From assembly GCA_010093605.1 (NCBI GenBank), contig MU004186.1, forward strand, positions 1,964,616 to 2,028,615: 64,000 bases of DNA. The letters run 5' to 3'. The stretch comes from Lophium mytilinum (lineage: Eukaryota). Below are positions 1-12,982 of the stretch, one piece after another (positions within the stretch are counted from its first letter, which is position 1; each line of letters begins with the position of its first letter). Under the pieces are notes generated by a model. The model made no database searches. It was not told the origin of the DNA and saw only the letters and a list, made by a program, of their open reading frames with translations. A program made the position numbers and the translations under genes.

Positions 1-718
1 CACAAAGCCCCGCTGATTGCCATTCTGTACTATGTGAAAAGTGCGCGTTTGTCTGAAAGGAGCGAAGTGGCCGCCGCGATAGGACACGCCGTTGGAGCTT
101 GCAATCTGCGAGTGGTAGTGCGACGCGATGGGCAAGGTACAACCAGGCAGACAGACGCTGTCAAGTTAATAGTCAACAGTCGTACTAACCCCTATTCTAG
201 TTTGACACAAAGCTTAAATCAGATGTCTGAACTGATTAGGCTGCCAGTAGTGTCTACGCACTTGCGCGTCTAGAGCGCCTGCATACTGACAGTTTGTAGG
301 CGCCGCACATAGACATTAAGACCGTAAAGTCGTTGTACGCTCGCTTAGCTCATCCACGAGACGTTACTCTCTTTCCACGCAAGTACAGGCACACAGACAG
401 GTACAAGTACAATACACAGGTCTCGCATGACTCTACTCGTCAACAAACCTCATTAAACGCAAGAATGGAGATCATCCCGCTCGCGGATTGTCCCGACAGG
501 GCTCTTCTCGGGCCCACTTACCACTCCGCGGGATCTCTAACCGACGTGGAGCCCAGCCCAGCCCAATCGCTCTCCATCCTCCCGTCGATGGAGAGACAGC
601 TAGATCGCTGGAAGCGCCGGAACAGTGCCGGCATAAGGCATGGTGAGTCGCGTCCCTGCGTCTTCTCGCACGAAGGATTCACGTGTTGGACGTGCTCCGT
701 TGCACGGCGCGCTCTGCC

Positions 719-2065
719 TTACCACCCCACGGAGGAAAGGGCTCTCTTGAAATCGCTCGCTGTAGAAATGTCAGATGATGTTTGTGACCCTCTGCAGTCG
801 ACATCAGGAGTAGCACAAACCGTAGCTAGAGGTTGCGTGGCAGTCTGACAGGTCCTGTTTCTCACGCGCCTGTGGGAGCCTGGATGGAGTTAGTTGCGGA
901 AATAGAGGATGATGCCAATAGACGCGGGGGCGCGACGTACCACTCTTGAATCTTCTCCTGGCGATTGTGGTTTGAAGGGTGAGTAGAGAGGAATTGGGGG
1001 GGTTCGCCCTTTTGGGCTTGGGCCATGCGTTGCCAGAGGCGTACGGCGGCTTCGGGGTTGTAGCAGCTTTGTGCCATCATTAGGAGGCCGATGTAGTCGG
1101 CTTCTGCCTGTTGTGGCTTTAGTATCAATCACGAGCGTTACTGTTGACGATGGGAGATTGATATACCTCTTGCTTCCTGCCTCCAGGGCGAGCGACCACG
1201 AGGTCTGTAACAAGCCTACTGATACCTTCTGGTACCCCGATCGAGTAGCTTAGTATGATGTTTATCAAAAACAGCGGGAGTGCTTGGCTCATCCGCTCCG
1301 CTGTATGATGCGCAACATTATGCGCAATCTCGTGACCCAGCACCGCCGCAACTCCATCATCATCACCGCATATAGGAAGAATACCAGAAAAGACAAATAC
1401 CTTGCCGCTAAACCCTAATCATTAGCACAAGTCCAACCTCACTCGGCCAAAGCATACTGCTTACCCAGGAATAACAAAAGCATTCACCTCATCACTCTGT
1501 ATAACATGCACCTCCCACTCCTCCCCCTCCAGCCCCGACTGCGGAATCAGCCGCTCCAACACCCGCCTCACTTGTTGCGTCGCCGGATGCCACTCGGGTA
1601 GTATCCGCCCGCTGTATTCCTGCAAGATCTGCTGGTAGCCGGCTTCGCCTTGGGATTTCTCCCACTCGGAGCTTATGCAGTTGAAGCGGCGGCGGCCGGA
1701 TACCTGGACCAGACACCCCCATATCAGAAACAGGCAAATAAGACTTCAGAAATGGAAGAGGCGAGGCGTACCGGTACTGTTTCTAGGTTGAAGACGTAGA
1801 ATCCACCAGCTACAGTCGTCAACCCGCCCACCTCGCGGTAGAAGGTTGGGCGGGCGGCCCAGCGCTGCCATATGTTGCCTGAGCCGCCTTGGAAGCGCTG
1901 GTATTGTGGTCGGGCGGGCCTTTGCTGGCGGTAGAAGCGGTAGCCGGGGTTTTGGGGTTTGGGTTGTAGGAAGGTCTGGCGAGCGAGGGTTGATCGGTAT
2001 AGTGGGATGGTTGGAGGGGTGCGGATGGAGGACCAGAGGCCGCGGGAGAAGGAGGGTCGGAACAT
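719..2065 (-). CDS. OMA1: Mitochondrial metalloendopeptidase, peptidase M48 family (OMA1-like), multi-exon
   Basis: HEIAH zinc motif (LGHEIAHNVAHHTAE), EADYIGLLMMAQSCYNP and FLSTHPS motifs; NAFVIPGGKVFVFSG across an intron; Arg/Ser-rich N-terminus resembling a mitochondrial presequence. The last short exon ends SDFKRALSSVGW* at 719. Confidence 0.85.
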
Positions 2066-2570
2066 GGTGAAGAGTATGGCGGAAGACAGCTCCGGGATGT
2101 GATATAGGGGCCCAACGGGCTCAGTGCTGACCGGGCGATGGGTGAGGTTGAGTTCTTGGAAGAAGTTTTACCCCAGGTGGTGGAGGTTGGGGTTGAAGTA
2201 AAGCCACACTTTGTGGCACATAGCTTGAGCCACAGGTTCTTCCATCTCTGCGGAGTGCATTGCCGACAGCTCATCCGGATCCGGGAGACTCGGGCGATCT
2301 GCAACTTTATCACTCCTCTTTTTAATATCCACTCTACCTAGGTAACTCGCTATCCGGTTTGACTGCCGTTCTCGTAGCTTGAGGAATGTAGGCTTCCAAG
2401 ATGAGCCAAAACAATCGTTCCGTTCATAAGTCGCGAGTGTTGGCCTAAACTATTCAATTCCTTCCTTTGTTGTATTACTTCCCCGCACTTTTATCTTGTC
2501 TTCGACTCTTTCAACGTCTCATTTCGATCTCAGAACTAGCTTAGTGTCGCGAGAAAGATAGACCACTAAC

Positions 2571-4007
2571 ATGGATCTCCACATTGCAATCATTGGCGCA
2601 GGTAACTATGCTACCTGTCTACTGTCAACTTCTCAATTCGTTATTCACACTCGACAGGTATGGGTGGACTGGCCTGTGCCTTAGCATTATCGAAACGAGG
2701 CTTCAAGAACATCGACGTCTATGAATCTGCTTCGAATCTGGGCTTCGTTGGAGCAGGAATTCAACTAGCTCCCAATATGGCTCGAATCTTAGACCGCCTG
2801 GGGGTGTGGAAGGACATTGAAAAGGAAGCGGTTGATCTCAAGGAGACCAGTATACGACGTGAGAGCCCGTCCACTCTACAGGTTAGCACAAAAACGTTGA
2901 CGCTTGAAAGAGGGCGACACGGACAACGAACTCGGCCATGTAGACCTCCGCTATATCCGTTCGACCTATGGCTACCCACACATGGTTGGTCACCGTGCTT
3001 CCCTCGCCGGTGCTCTCTTCGCTGGCTGTCAACGGGAACCTAGTATCACTTTCCACTTCTCCGCCACCGTCGAATCTGTTCAAAGCTTCTCCCCGAAACC
3101 AACCTTCACAGTCAAACCACGTAATGGCGATCTCTACCAAGTAACGTGTGATGTCCTCCTCGCCGCCGACGGGGTCAAGTCCCTCACCCGCTCCAAGCTC
3201 CTAGCAGACCTCAACATTCACGCCGAGATCCAAGACACTAACCAAGCCGCCTACCGCATCATGCTCACCCGCGCGCAAGTCTCGCACGACCCGGAGCTCC
3301 TCGCGCTCATCAACGGCGACAACGTGACCCGCTGGATCGGCGAGAAGCGCCACATCATCGCCTACCCGGTCTCCAGCAAGGAGATCTACAACATCAGCAC
3401 TGTGCAGCCGGACACGAACTTCGCCGCCGCGCCCTCGGCGACGTATACGACCAAAGGCTCCAAGGACAGCATGCTGAAGATCTTTGCCGACTTTTGCCCG
3501 AAGATCCAGCGCATGCTGGCGCTGGTGCCGGATGGCGAGGTGTGTGAGTGGAAGTTGAGAGTGCATAGTCCGTTGCCGACGTGGGTGCATGGGTGCGTGG
3601 CGCTGGTTGGGGATGCGTGTCATCCTACCCTCCCACATCTAGCACAAGGCGCGGCTCAAGCTATCGAGGATGCGGCTGTCCTGGCTGTGGTGCTCGCGAA
3701 GTGTCCAGATTCGTCGCCGGCGTCGCTGAATAAAGCGTTGAGAGTGTACGAGGCAGTGAGAAAGGAGCGGGCTGAGACCCTTGTCGAACTCGCGGCGCAG
3801 TCCGGTCGAGCGCTACATCTAGGTGATGGTGCCGCGAAAGCGGAGAGGGATAGGGCGTTTGCTGCGTTGAAGGAAAAGAAAGGAGGGGGTGTGCCTGATA
3901 AATGGGCTGATGCGGAGGTTCAGAAGAAGATATATGGATTCGATTGCATGAATGTTGCAGAGGAGGAGTTTGAGAAGCTGTTTCAGGGCCTCAAAGCTCA
4001 TGTATAG
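2571..4007 (+). CDS. FAD-dependent monooxygenase (salicylate hydroxylase-like)
   Basis: MDLHIAIIGAG-MGGL Rossmann motif joined across intron 2602-2657; second intron 2859-2910; ADGVKS and LVGDACHPTLPHLAQGAAQAIEDA motifs. Confidence 0.9.
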
Positions 4008-5051
4008 GTAGGCTTATGACACTATTAAAGATCTTAAGAAAGTCGACGAGGCACTTGTTCATGTTTCTTTCGAGGTTCTGTCCCACGTGACTAGCAGAGG
4101 TTGTAAAAAATCTTGGAACCTTGGAACCATCTCAACTTACTTCTATGGTCGTCTAACGGAAGATCTTGTGGATCTACGTGTTCCCAAGAGTCGCTCTATG
4201 GGAGGGCCCACCTCTACTGCGTCGGTCGTTTTCGTACTTATTATTCCTATGAATCGCAACGATTCCTGCCATACATCAAGCCTCACAAGATCATTTTCAG
4301 AACTAGAATATACTCCCTCTAGTTCACTAGGTCATGAATATGCTAGGTAAGGTAAGTGCCGAGCTTTCTTTGTTCTAGATAAAACTATAGGCTTCTGATA
4401 TCACCTGACGTCACGTGCCCTCTATCTCATTCTTTTCCTCCACTTCCCTGACTTTGTAGGAAATCTACCCTGTGTAATCCCTAAAGGTAGTCTCTTGAAA
4501 CTGTTGTTCAGATTATTTTACTTACACTCCTTATTTCTCTACCACAGTTCATACAGAATCAAAGTCTCCACAATGTCGGAATCTTTCTCTTTGTCACTTC
4601 CTTCATACTTCACGGTCGGTACTGCCAATTTCTTCTCTTCGATATAGATAAGTCGCCCTGCGTGACTTGTAGTTGACCACAGAGAGGCATCGTCGCTTTC
4701 TCCATCCTCTCGAATTGATAATCACATGATCCCCCTTTTTATAAGAAATTCGAGCAGCTTGCCCCCGTTTCGGTGCAGCAGTTGCCTCTACTACGCTCTC
4801 CAACTAGCCTTGAGAGGTTTCCTATCCTTCTTTCTACAGTCATAAACACCCAAGTCTCTGTGTTGGATGCTCTTCAATATTCACGTTATCAGTTCGGTTT
4901 AATCTAGGTAAATCTAAACGGCATGTGTTGGTCATCTATGAATAAGCGCGACAGCGACTTCTTTCGCACCTCTGCTATCAAGTGGAGTGCTAATTTTATG
5001 ATTTTTTCTACTGCTAAAGTGATATCTAATTCATTTGAAATGAGTTTACGG

Positions 5052-5375
5052 CGTAAAGAAACCCCCCTCTTTCTTGAAATACTTCTCTCGCACCTCTGCT
5101 TTTAAGCGGAGTGCTGATATTATGAATTAATGTGAACATGAATAAAACTCGTAATGAAACCCCCCTCTTTCTTGAACTACCTCTCTCGCACCTCTGCTTT
5201 CAAGCGGAGTGCTGATATTATGAGTTAATGTGAACATGAATAAAACTCGTAAAGAAACCCCCCCCTTTTCTTGAACTACCTCTCTCGCACCTCTGCTTTC
5301 AAGCGGAGTGCTGATATTATGAGTTAATGTGAACATGAATTAAACTCGTAAAGAAACCCCCCTCTTTCTTGAACT
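5052..5375. repeat. 98-99 bp tandem repeat (about 3.3 units, plus a degenerate partial copy at about 4963-5001)
   Basis: Units start at 5052, 5150, 5248 and 5347 (CGTAAAGAAACCCCCCTCTTTCTTGAA...). Each full unit has a GCACCTCTGCTT-NN-AAGCGGAGTGC hairpin. Confidence 0.95.
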
Positions 5376-5392
5376 CGACCAGCGCAGCCAAC

Positions 5393-7312
5393 TCACGGCC
5401 AGCCATTCATGTCGGTATCTTCCAGGTATATCCCTTCACCTTTGGGAGTCTCCGGACTCAGCGAGTCCTCCCTTAGGGCGCGCGAAGGCCACTGGTCGAG
5501 CTTCTTCCATCGAGCCCAACGCAGTGGTGGAGGGGCTAGCGGTCCCAATGGCAAGTACGGAGAATAGACGGCATCGCCCTGCAGGTCCGGGTTGATGTAG
5601 CCGTGCGGCGCTAATCTCTTTTGGAATGAATCCCACAGCTCTACTTTGATGCCATCAAAAGCGCACCGCTTGGCGAATGCGGCCAGGCGAGTGTTCATCT
5701 TGATATCCTTGATGAGGTTGTTCCTGTCCGCTTCGTTTTTGAAGGGATGTGATGAGATGGTAGGGAGGGCAAAGAGATAGACGCATAACCCTACGATTGA
5801 CAGATTTGGTAGGTCATTGCAAAGTGACTTTGCGACCCTTACAAGTGTGGACTTGTAGTCGGCATCCCGGTGGTGTAACCAGGAAGAGGATATGTATAAG
5901 GTCTGGAGGCTCGATGGTAGAAGGTCTTTCAATGGATGAGGGGTCCCATCTGGCCAGAGCAGTGCTTCCATCGGTATTATAAGAGACGTCAGGCTGGTCA
6001 TGGAGCCGAGTGAGTCACTAGAATAGAGGTCCGGAAGCAGCCAGCTATCATAATCTTCGATTTTGGGATGAGCTCCACCCTTGCAGTTCAGATGCAGCAT
6101 CTCGAGAGAGGATGTATGCCCAGCAAGAGTAAAGGATGGAACTCCAAACCAAGATGTTCGTGAAACACAGGGATTGATGACACGTCCAATGTCGAGGCGA
6201 AGAGATGTTAACGCCTTGCATGATCTGATAGTAGAAGATAGAGTGAATTGGCCGATGGAGTTTCCAGTGATGGTAAGGTATTTGATCGGAGAGGTTCCAT
6301 ATGTGCATTCCCAGAGTGCGCTTTCGAGCCAGACTTTTGGAAGTTGGTACTGATACTGGGTCCCACTGATTTCGAGGGTACGTAAGGTTGGTAGACAAAA
6401 TATTGAAGACAACTTGTGTATGCCGATCCCGTTGACGTTGACTGAGAGGTGATGGAGGAAGGAGAAATGATGAGCTTTCCCACATAAAGTCCCTTGAGCG
6501 ACCCCTCTTAGTAGAGGTAACCACCTATGCGTAGTATCAGGATAGGTCTGTACCCCATGGCAGGGCATAGTGGATCGAATATCGAGGTGGCGAAGGTTCA
6601 GTGTCCGGGAGATCAACAGTGCTAGCTCAACGCCGTTATCGCATTCTTGGTCGTAGCAGCCCTCATCTTCAGCAAGCCTTTCTTCATAAGTCCTTAGGAT
6701 TTCTATATCCAGTTCCTCCCAGTGTTTACGAATCTCTTGCTGTTCTTGTGGGGTGAACTTGACGGGGTTTTTCCTTGAGGTTGAAGGTGGGTGTTGCACA
6801 ACGACCTTGCGCACGTAATGGGCTAGTCCCGAGTCTTGAAGTATCGTGCGGCGGAAGGGCCCAGATGAATGACTATAGTAGTGATCAATTTGCTGATATA
6901 GGACGGGTAGCGCCAAGCGCGACAGTTGACGAGTTGCTGACAGCAGTCCCCATCCTGCGAAGGGCAAAGCGCTGCCTGATTTTTCGACTGTGTGGGTTAC
7001 TATCAAGTCCAGGAGCTCTTCTGGAAGGTCAGTGAGTACAGTCTTAGACAAAGTGTGCGTAGCCGCCGAATCGTCGTCCGAGTCATCCTTTGACAGTCGA
7101 GGGCTTTTACTTGGATCCCGTGCCGTTTCAGAATCCAAACTTCCCACTTCAGGTTCTGTCGATCTCGGTCGCTTTTTGTGCAGCCTCTGAGTTTCCGTCT
7201 GACGTTTCCGTTTGAGGAGTGACTTGTGAGTTGAGATAGCCTCAGGTTTGTGGTTGAGCGCTCGAGGTGAAAGTCTCGAGCGGAGATTGTAACGTCTGGT
7301 TTGTGGGGACAT
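5393..7312 (-). CDS. Hypothetical F-box-like protein with degenerate LRR region, 639 aa, intronless
   Basis: Long ORF with a basic low-complexity N-terminus, an LTDLPEELLDLIV F-box-like motif and later LxxLxL segments (NLRHLDI, TLRTLEI, SLQTLYI). Confidence 0.7.
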   Translation of the reverse strand: MSPQTRRYNLRSRLSPRALNHKPEAISTHKSLLKRKRQTETQRLHKKRPRSTEPEVGSLDSETARDPSKSPRLSKDDSDDDSAATHTLSKTVLTDLPEELLDLIVTHTVEKSGSALPFAGWGLLSATRQLSRLALPVLYQQIDHYYSHSSGPFRRTILQDSGLAHYVRKVVVQHPPSTSRKNPVKFTPQEQQEIRKHWEELDIEILRTYEERLAEDEGCYDQECDNGVELALLISRTLNLRHLDIRSTMPCHGVQTYPDTTHRWLPLLRGVAQGTLCGKAHHFSFLHHLSVNVNGIGIHKLSSIFCLPTLRTLEISGTQYQYQLPKVWLESALWECTYGTSPIKYLTITGNSIGQFTLSSTIRSCKALTSLRLDIGRVINPCVSRTSWFGVPSFTLAGHTSSLEMLHLNCKGGAHPKIEDYDSWLLPDLYSSDSLGSMTSLTSLIIPMEALLWPDGTPHPLKDLLPSSLQTLYISSSWLHHRDADYKSTLVRVAKSLCNDLPNLSIVGLCVYLFALPTISSHPFKNEADRNNLIKDIKMNTRLAAFAKRCAFDGIKVELWDSFQKRLAPHGYINPDLQGDAVYSPYLPLGPLAPPPLRWARWKKLDQWPSRALREDSLSPETPKGEGIYLEDTDMNGWP

Positions 7313-7904
7313 TGACTAGGCATGTGGCTTGAGTGGTTATTTCTGAAGAGCTAGGAAGTGTAAGATAATAAGTGTAGAGGTCGGACTGTTGAGGTATTTT
7401 GGTATACATAATTCATACGCGAGAGTGCGTATATAATAGTTACTAAGTTTGGAACCATGGTACTACCGAATCCACTTTTCACGATTCGCCACCACAGGAA
7501 AACAACCAATCCATCAAATGATTTCCATTCCGTCCGTTTCCACCTCATTCGAAACTCACGATTTGACAACTTGCATATAGTGAGTTGGAAGAGTCCGTGG
7601 CGGCTAATGCCGAAATGGCTGGACGATGCTGAAGATAATTGCAGATAATGAAAAGAACACCATGAGAGCACTGAACATGGAGGAATGACAACAGAACAAG
7701 TGCAGTGACTAGGATAAAGTCATGAAGCAACGCGATTCTCTTTCTACTTCGGTCTGAAAGAGACTGTATAGAACCTGGTCTTCATATTCGGACTCAGGCA
7801 TGACGTTCAAGGTCTTTGAAGTATGGTCTAGCTTCATGTTGCGCTTGCACTGCCACGTGCGGTGATGATCAAGATTCACACAGTTTATCCGCTTTTTCAC
7901 GCTG

Positions 7905-8840
7905 TCAAAAACCGTGCGTCTTCAATTCCGTCTCGGTCCAGTCCCACAGTGAGTCTACCATTTCCGGATCATTCATCAACGGTCTTCCTTCATGCTCCTT
8001 AGCGACAGGGTAGTACAAGGCGCCGTTCTGGACATCTGCGCTCGTTGCTGTGCTTGCCCAAAGTTGGCCATGCGCTCCTACAGAAACGTCGGCAAAGGCG
8101 AGTCTCATGAGCAGAAGGATCGGTTTAAAGCGCGGGTAGGTGGCATACAATCTAGCCGAAAGGCCTGTTTGAACGCCGCCAGGATGGACGGCGACGCTTT
8201 TGATCTGCGGATAGTGCTTCGCCAGTCCTTTCGTGAAGTACACATTGGCGAGCTTGGAGTGTCCATAGCATGTCAGTGGGCCGGTCGACTCCATGTCTGT
8301 CTTGACCTTGTCGAGTAGCAAACCGGCCTTAGGGGCGAAAAGCTCTTGAGAGTTGGAAGTCAAATTGATAATTCGGACATCGCTGTCTTGCTCCGCAGCT
8401 GTCTTTTCGAGAACAGGCATTAACAGCCTCGTCAAGAGGGCGTGGCCGACGTGATTCGTGCCGAATTGCATTTCATAGCCTTCTTTTGTGACGCCACGGG
8501 GTCCTGCCATGATTCCACCGTTGTTCATCAGGATGTCAAGTCGATCATTCTCAGCTAGGAAATTCTGGCTTGCGCTCTTTAAGGAGTCAAATGATGTAAG
8601 GTCGAACTCTAGGAAGGCGATGTTGGCATTGGGCAATGACTGCTTGATCTCTGCAATGGCATCGGTTGCCTTCTTCTCGCTGCGAGCTCCCATGTAAACT
8701 TTCGCACCATGTTTGGCAAATTGTCGTACAGATTCTTTTCCGAGTCCATTGTTGCCGCCAGTCACAAGGATGACCTTGCTCGATAGGTCCGGGATATCTG
8801 TGTCGGGTTTGAAGGTAATTCCGCCACCAAAACCGAACAT
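7905..8840 (-). CDS. Short-chain dehydrogenase/reductase (retinol dehydrogenase-like)
   Basis: TGGNNGLG, NNGGIM, QFGTNHVGH, YGHSK catalytic YxxxK and VHPGGV motifs. Confidence 0.92.
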   Translation of the reverse strand: MFGFGGGITFKPDTDIPDLSSKVILVTGGNNGLGKESVRQFAKHGAKVYMGARSEKKATDAIAEIKQSLPNANIAFLEFDLTSFDSLKSASQNFLAENDRLDILMNNGGIMAGPRGVTKEGYEMQFGTNHVGHALLTRLLMPVLEKTAAEQDSDVRIINLTSNSQELFAPKAGLLLDKVKTDMESTGPLTCYGHSKLANVYFTKGLAKHYPQIKSVAVHPGGVQTGLSARLYATYPRFKPILLLMRLAFADVSVGAHGQLWASTATSADVQNGALYYPVAKEHEGRPLMNDPEMVDSLWDWTETELKTHGF

Positions 8841-9728
8841 ATTGAAGTGCTTTTCAAGTTTAAATTTCTTGACAACAAGTTGATCGTATCTTTAAGTGAT
8901 CGCCGATGAGCGGTAGCTGAGTGTTTAATCTAGAAATGCATAAAGGCCTGCAAACATATAAGTATGATCTAGGCGGACCAAATACTATCCGTCTCGAGCT
9001 ATCGCGCTGCAGTCTCGCAAGAGAAGGCCCGTTAGCGAGACAGCGAGAGCCCGAGTGGTCATCGGATTTAACTCTGGTATTCATCCGTACTTGCCTGTGA
9101 AGAAGAAGAAAGGATTGATAGGATCGGAAATGCGCCAATTGGGTTCAACAAGTCGGTACAATTGATGCACCGTCTCCTTTCCCAATCAAGTTCACGCCTC
9201 TCGAGTTGGCACAGCCTGGGTGGATTTGGAGATTATAGAGCATCTTAGCGAAGGCTTCAATAAAAACGAGTTACAGACGCCTAGCCAGCCTGGCACACCA
9301 GAAAACCGAGCCGCGATGACACCTGGAGGAGTCTGCTGAGTAAAGCGATCAGGAATACGGCTCAAGAGCTATGAAGTCGAAGGGTGGTAGCCCGAGAGAC
9401 ATCGTCTTGCGTCGGTCATTTGCTGAGCAAAACCTGATGGAAAGCTTATCGCTGTATACATGGCGCGGTGTTGTTACGAAGGAGACAATGTCGACGGCTT
9501 GAATATATTTGGAAGTGCGTGGCTGGTATGTTGTTTCCGTGCCTAGGTGTGGTTTTCAGGTTGAGGGGGGCCCTGGGGGCGAGGGACCGAAGCAAGTAAG
9601 AGTGAGCTTGGACCACGTACCTATACATTACTTCACTTGGCAAAGTCATTTGAAGGCAGCGAGTATTCACGACAGCGCCGATGAACCCGCCGCATACAAG
9701 TACATATCCAGGATGATGGACAGCAACT

Positions 9729-10818
9729 ATGTCGTCCCAATTCCTCCCCCGAGTCGTCTTCCCGACGCTGGACTCGCTGCCGCGATCCTACTTCCTCGGC
9801 CATCACAAAGCGGGTCTTACGAAGATGAAGACAATGCTTAATACTATAGACCTGATAATCGAATGTCGCGACTACCGAGTACCTCTCACGTCAAGGAATC
9901 CGCTTTTCGAAGCTAGCTTAGCTGGTAGACAGCGCCTCATAGTTTACACGAAGAAAGACTTGGGAAGCCACCACAAGACGGCAGACTTAAAGGTACCTTT
10001 CTAATACTTTTTGGCTCGAGTAATTGGACGATTGCTAACAACTCTGATAGCGTGAGCAGATTATAACGCAATGGCATGCGCCTTCACCCGTCCTATTCTC
10101 CGACCACAAAGACCGCCGCGACGTCCGCCGCGTCCTCGAATTCGCCCGCGAGTTCGCCGACCGCACAATGTCTCTCACCGGCCTACGATTGATGGTTGTT
10201 GGGATGCCCAACGTTGGAAAGTCTTCCCTTTTGAATGCGCTGCGTATGCAGGGCGTTGGGAAGGGCAAAGCGGCTTTCACAGGAGCCCAGCCAGGAGTAA
10301 CAAGGAAGATAACTACGGGGGTCCGAATTATTGAAAGCTCTGAGCAATCAGAGGGGGTTTTCCTGGTCGACACGCCTGGTGTCTTTATACCGTATGTTCC
10401 GGACGCCGAGGCGATGCTCAAGCTTGCCTTGTGTGGTAATATCAAGGACAACATTATCTCTCCGACGACTCAAGCCGACTACCTGCTATACCACATGAAC
10501 GTCCAATCTCCCGACCTTTACGCCGAATACCACCCACCCACAAATGAGGTTATGGATCTGCTGAGCGCGGTCGCGGTGAAGACGGGAAGGCTGCAAAAAG
10601 GTGGTACTCCCGATGCCGAGTCGTCTGCTTTGTGGCTGATTCAACGGTGGCGGACTGGCAATTTTGGACGGTTCTTGCTTGATAAGGTCACGGAAGATGC
10701 ACTCGAGATGGCTAAGTTGGAGGAGACCAATCAAGTCCCGAGCTTCCACCAGGCAAAGAAAGCAGATAAGGAACTCAGAAGGGCCAGGTCGAGGAGTCGC
10801 AATATGGATGTAAGCTGA
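9729..10818 (+). CDS. MTG1: Mitochondrial ribosome-associated GTPase (RbgA/YlqF family)
   Basis: YFLGHH, IIECRDYRVPLTSRNP, TKKD, GMPNVGKSS, PGVT and DTPG circularly permuted GTPase motifs; intron 9993-10050. Confidence 0.92.
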
Positions 10819-11484
10819 AGCTAGGAGGGACGGCTTTCAACTTTCATTTTGCCAAAGTTCTCCCTCCGCCATTCACGCTAGATTGGGGGTCACTGCTTCA
10901 GAGAAATCTCAGTGGCGCGGTGAGGGGCACAGGTCATGCAATGAAACCTGGCCTACTGAGGCGAGAGGTAATGCTGAATATAGCATTCACATTCATCGCC
11001 TATGTTACGCCTAAAGCGACAAGCACCGGCACCAAGAAGTATACAAGTTTTCAGATGCATGTTTTAAGGAGAGGACCACAGCGCTGTTGCAGCTGTTGGT
11101 TGGAATGTTGAAACCTCAAACAGTATTGGATGACACAAGCTGTTAGGACAACGAGATATAGCCCGTCTGTAGCCTATACCAGATGAATCAACCCCCTCCT
11201 GAGAGAGGCTATGGGTTTCTGTATTTCAACACCCTTCGCGCCATCCAACAAATAGAAAGAACTGTTCAGAACGAATCTTAGAATTTAAATTTTCGAGGAT
11301 GTAAAACTGTAATACAGGAACGTGATTTTGCTGTAAACACGCCTTTTGAAGATATCATGCCTGATTGTCCATAGACTAAAGCGGCAACTGTCACCGCCTT
11401 TCCACTCTCAAGTCATGCTTCATTCCGCGTGATCCCAATAGCGCCCCCTCAGCCTGGCAATTCAAATAACTCCGAGCGCAATGC

Positions 11485-12301
11485 TCAAGCCCGTAGCCTC
11501 AAAATTTGGCACCACATCCTCACTTCCGCCTCAGCTGCGTGCTCCTCACCCAGCCCTTCATACTGACCCAAAGCCATTTTCACTCCCTCTTTCCGCCCTA
11601 CAGGCACCTCTAGATCATTCCACAGCCCTCTGATCATCTCATGCACGGCCATCACTCCCTCCGACACATCTGCTTTGGAGGGCACAGCCGGCGCGTAATC
11701 GTCGTCCGAAGTATTGGCGTCGCCAACACGGCTCTCGATGCAAACCACCACGCCGTGCAACGCGGGTGGATTGCCTCCCACGCCTTTCGCAGCCCTCACC
11801 TCCCCCACCCGAATCACCATCTCGCCAATCCTGTATGCATGGCCGTCGCGGATATTGAGCGAGTGTTTCGGCGTCCAGAGCGCAGACAGCTTGGTGGCCA
11901 GCAGATTGTTGAAGGACTCGGCCTGGGTGGCTGGGATGGCCACGACCACGTTGTCAGGACCGGGCTTCGTAGGGACGCCGGGCACAGGTTGAGGGTGGAT
12001 GTGTAGGAAGGTCTTTCCGGGGTGGTATGTGAGACTAAGGGCGTGGTGGTAGGCTGGGGGGTTGGTGTCGCCGGAGGTGGCTGGAGTGGAGAGTGAGAGG
12101 TGGTGGGCCAGGTGCCAGTTGGGGAGGGGTGTTGCTATGAAGTTCAATTGGATGGCGGAGACTATGTTTTGGAAGGCCGAGGAGCCTGAGGCCGAGCTTG
12201 AGGAGGGCTGTTCGGCCACAAAGTAGAGTCTGGGAGGCTGGTTAAAACGGGTGCATATAGTGGGTTAAGGGGAAGTCAATGGTGTACCCGGAGACGTTCA
12301 T
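11485..12301 (-). CDS. MED20: Mediator subunit Med20 (Srb2)-like protein
   Basis: A 14-nt first exon plus intron 12230-12287 gives MNVSGLYFV. The KLSALWTPKHSLNIRDGHAYRIGEMVIRVGEVR segment and MWCQILRLR end are typical of fungal Med20. Confidence 0.75.
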
Positions 12302-12982
12302 GTTAAATTTTAAATATTAGTGTAGTAGAAATCTAGGGCGAGATTCCATGAGGATAAACATAGATGTTCGTGGTGATGGGTTACGTCCTCGAGGAGGGGT
12401 TCAATAGGTACAATAGATAGAAAAAATGAGGGGTCCTCGAACGTTTCAAGTATACCTAGGTAAGGCAGCGATTGCGCTGTTCACATGAATGAAGCAACAA
12501 ACCAACTGAACCTCTGGATCGCTCGCGCCCTGCTCCATCTCACCGTGATGCACCCTGGTCGAGGTATTTGGGAAGCTGAGGATGGGAGTGGTGGTGTGTT
12601 GGCGATCGCAGATGATCAACACCAAGGTTGTTCCTAGCGCATCCCTGTGCTATCGATTGTGCAGCCGCACGGGATAGCTGTGGCACTGTCCTTCCATCCT
12701 TCCTTTTCCACTGCTTGCTTCACCCTCTCTTTCCTCGTAGACCGTCCTTGTGATTTAGTTTTTTGCTGTCTTTACTGGCGAATTCAGTCTGCGAATCTTT
12801 CTCCCTTGTTCATTACTTCTGCCCGTCACGCTGTTGTGCTGCTCTGTACTTTGGACCCCAATTCTCTCTCCTTTTCGAGGGATGACGACGTCAGCTTCCT
12901 CTCACCCACTGTAGCGTTCTGTTTCCCGTTTCACGTTCAGTATTAATGCACATTCGCTGGTAATTCACTCATTATCACCAAC

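Noticed and set aside
5052..5375. CRISPR-like array
   Set aside because: The DNA is eukaryotic, the units are contiguous and near-identical with no unique spacers, and there are no cas genes.
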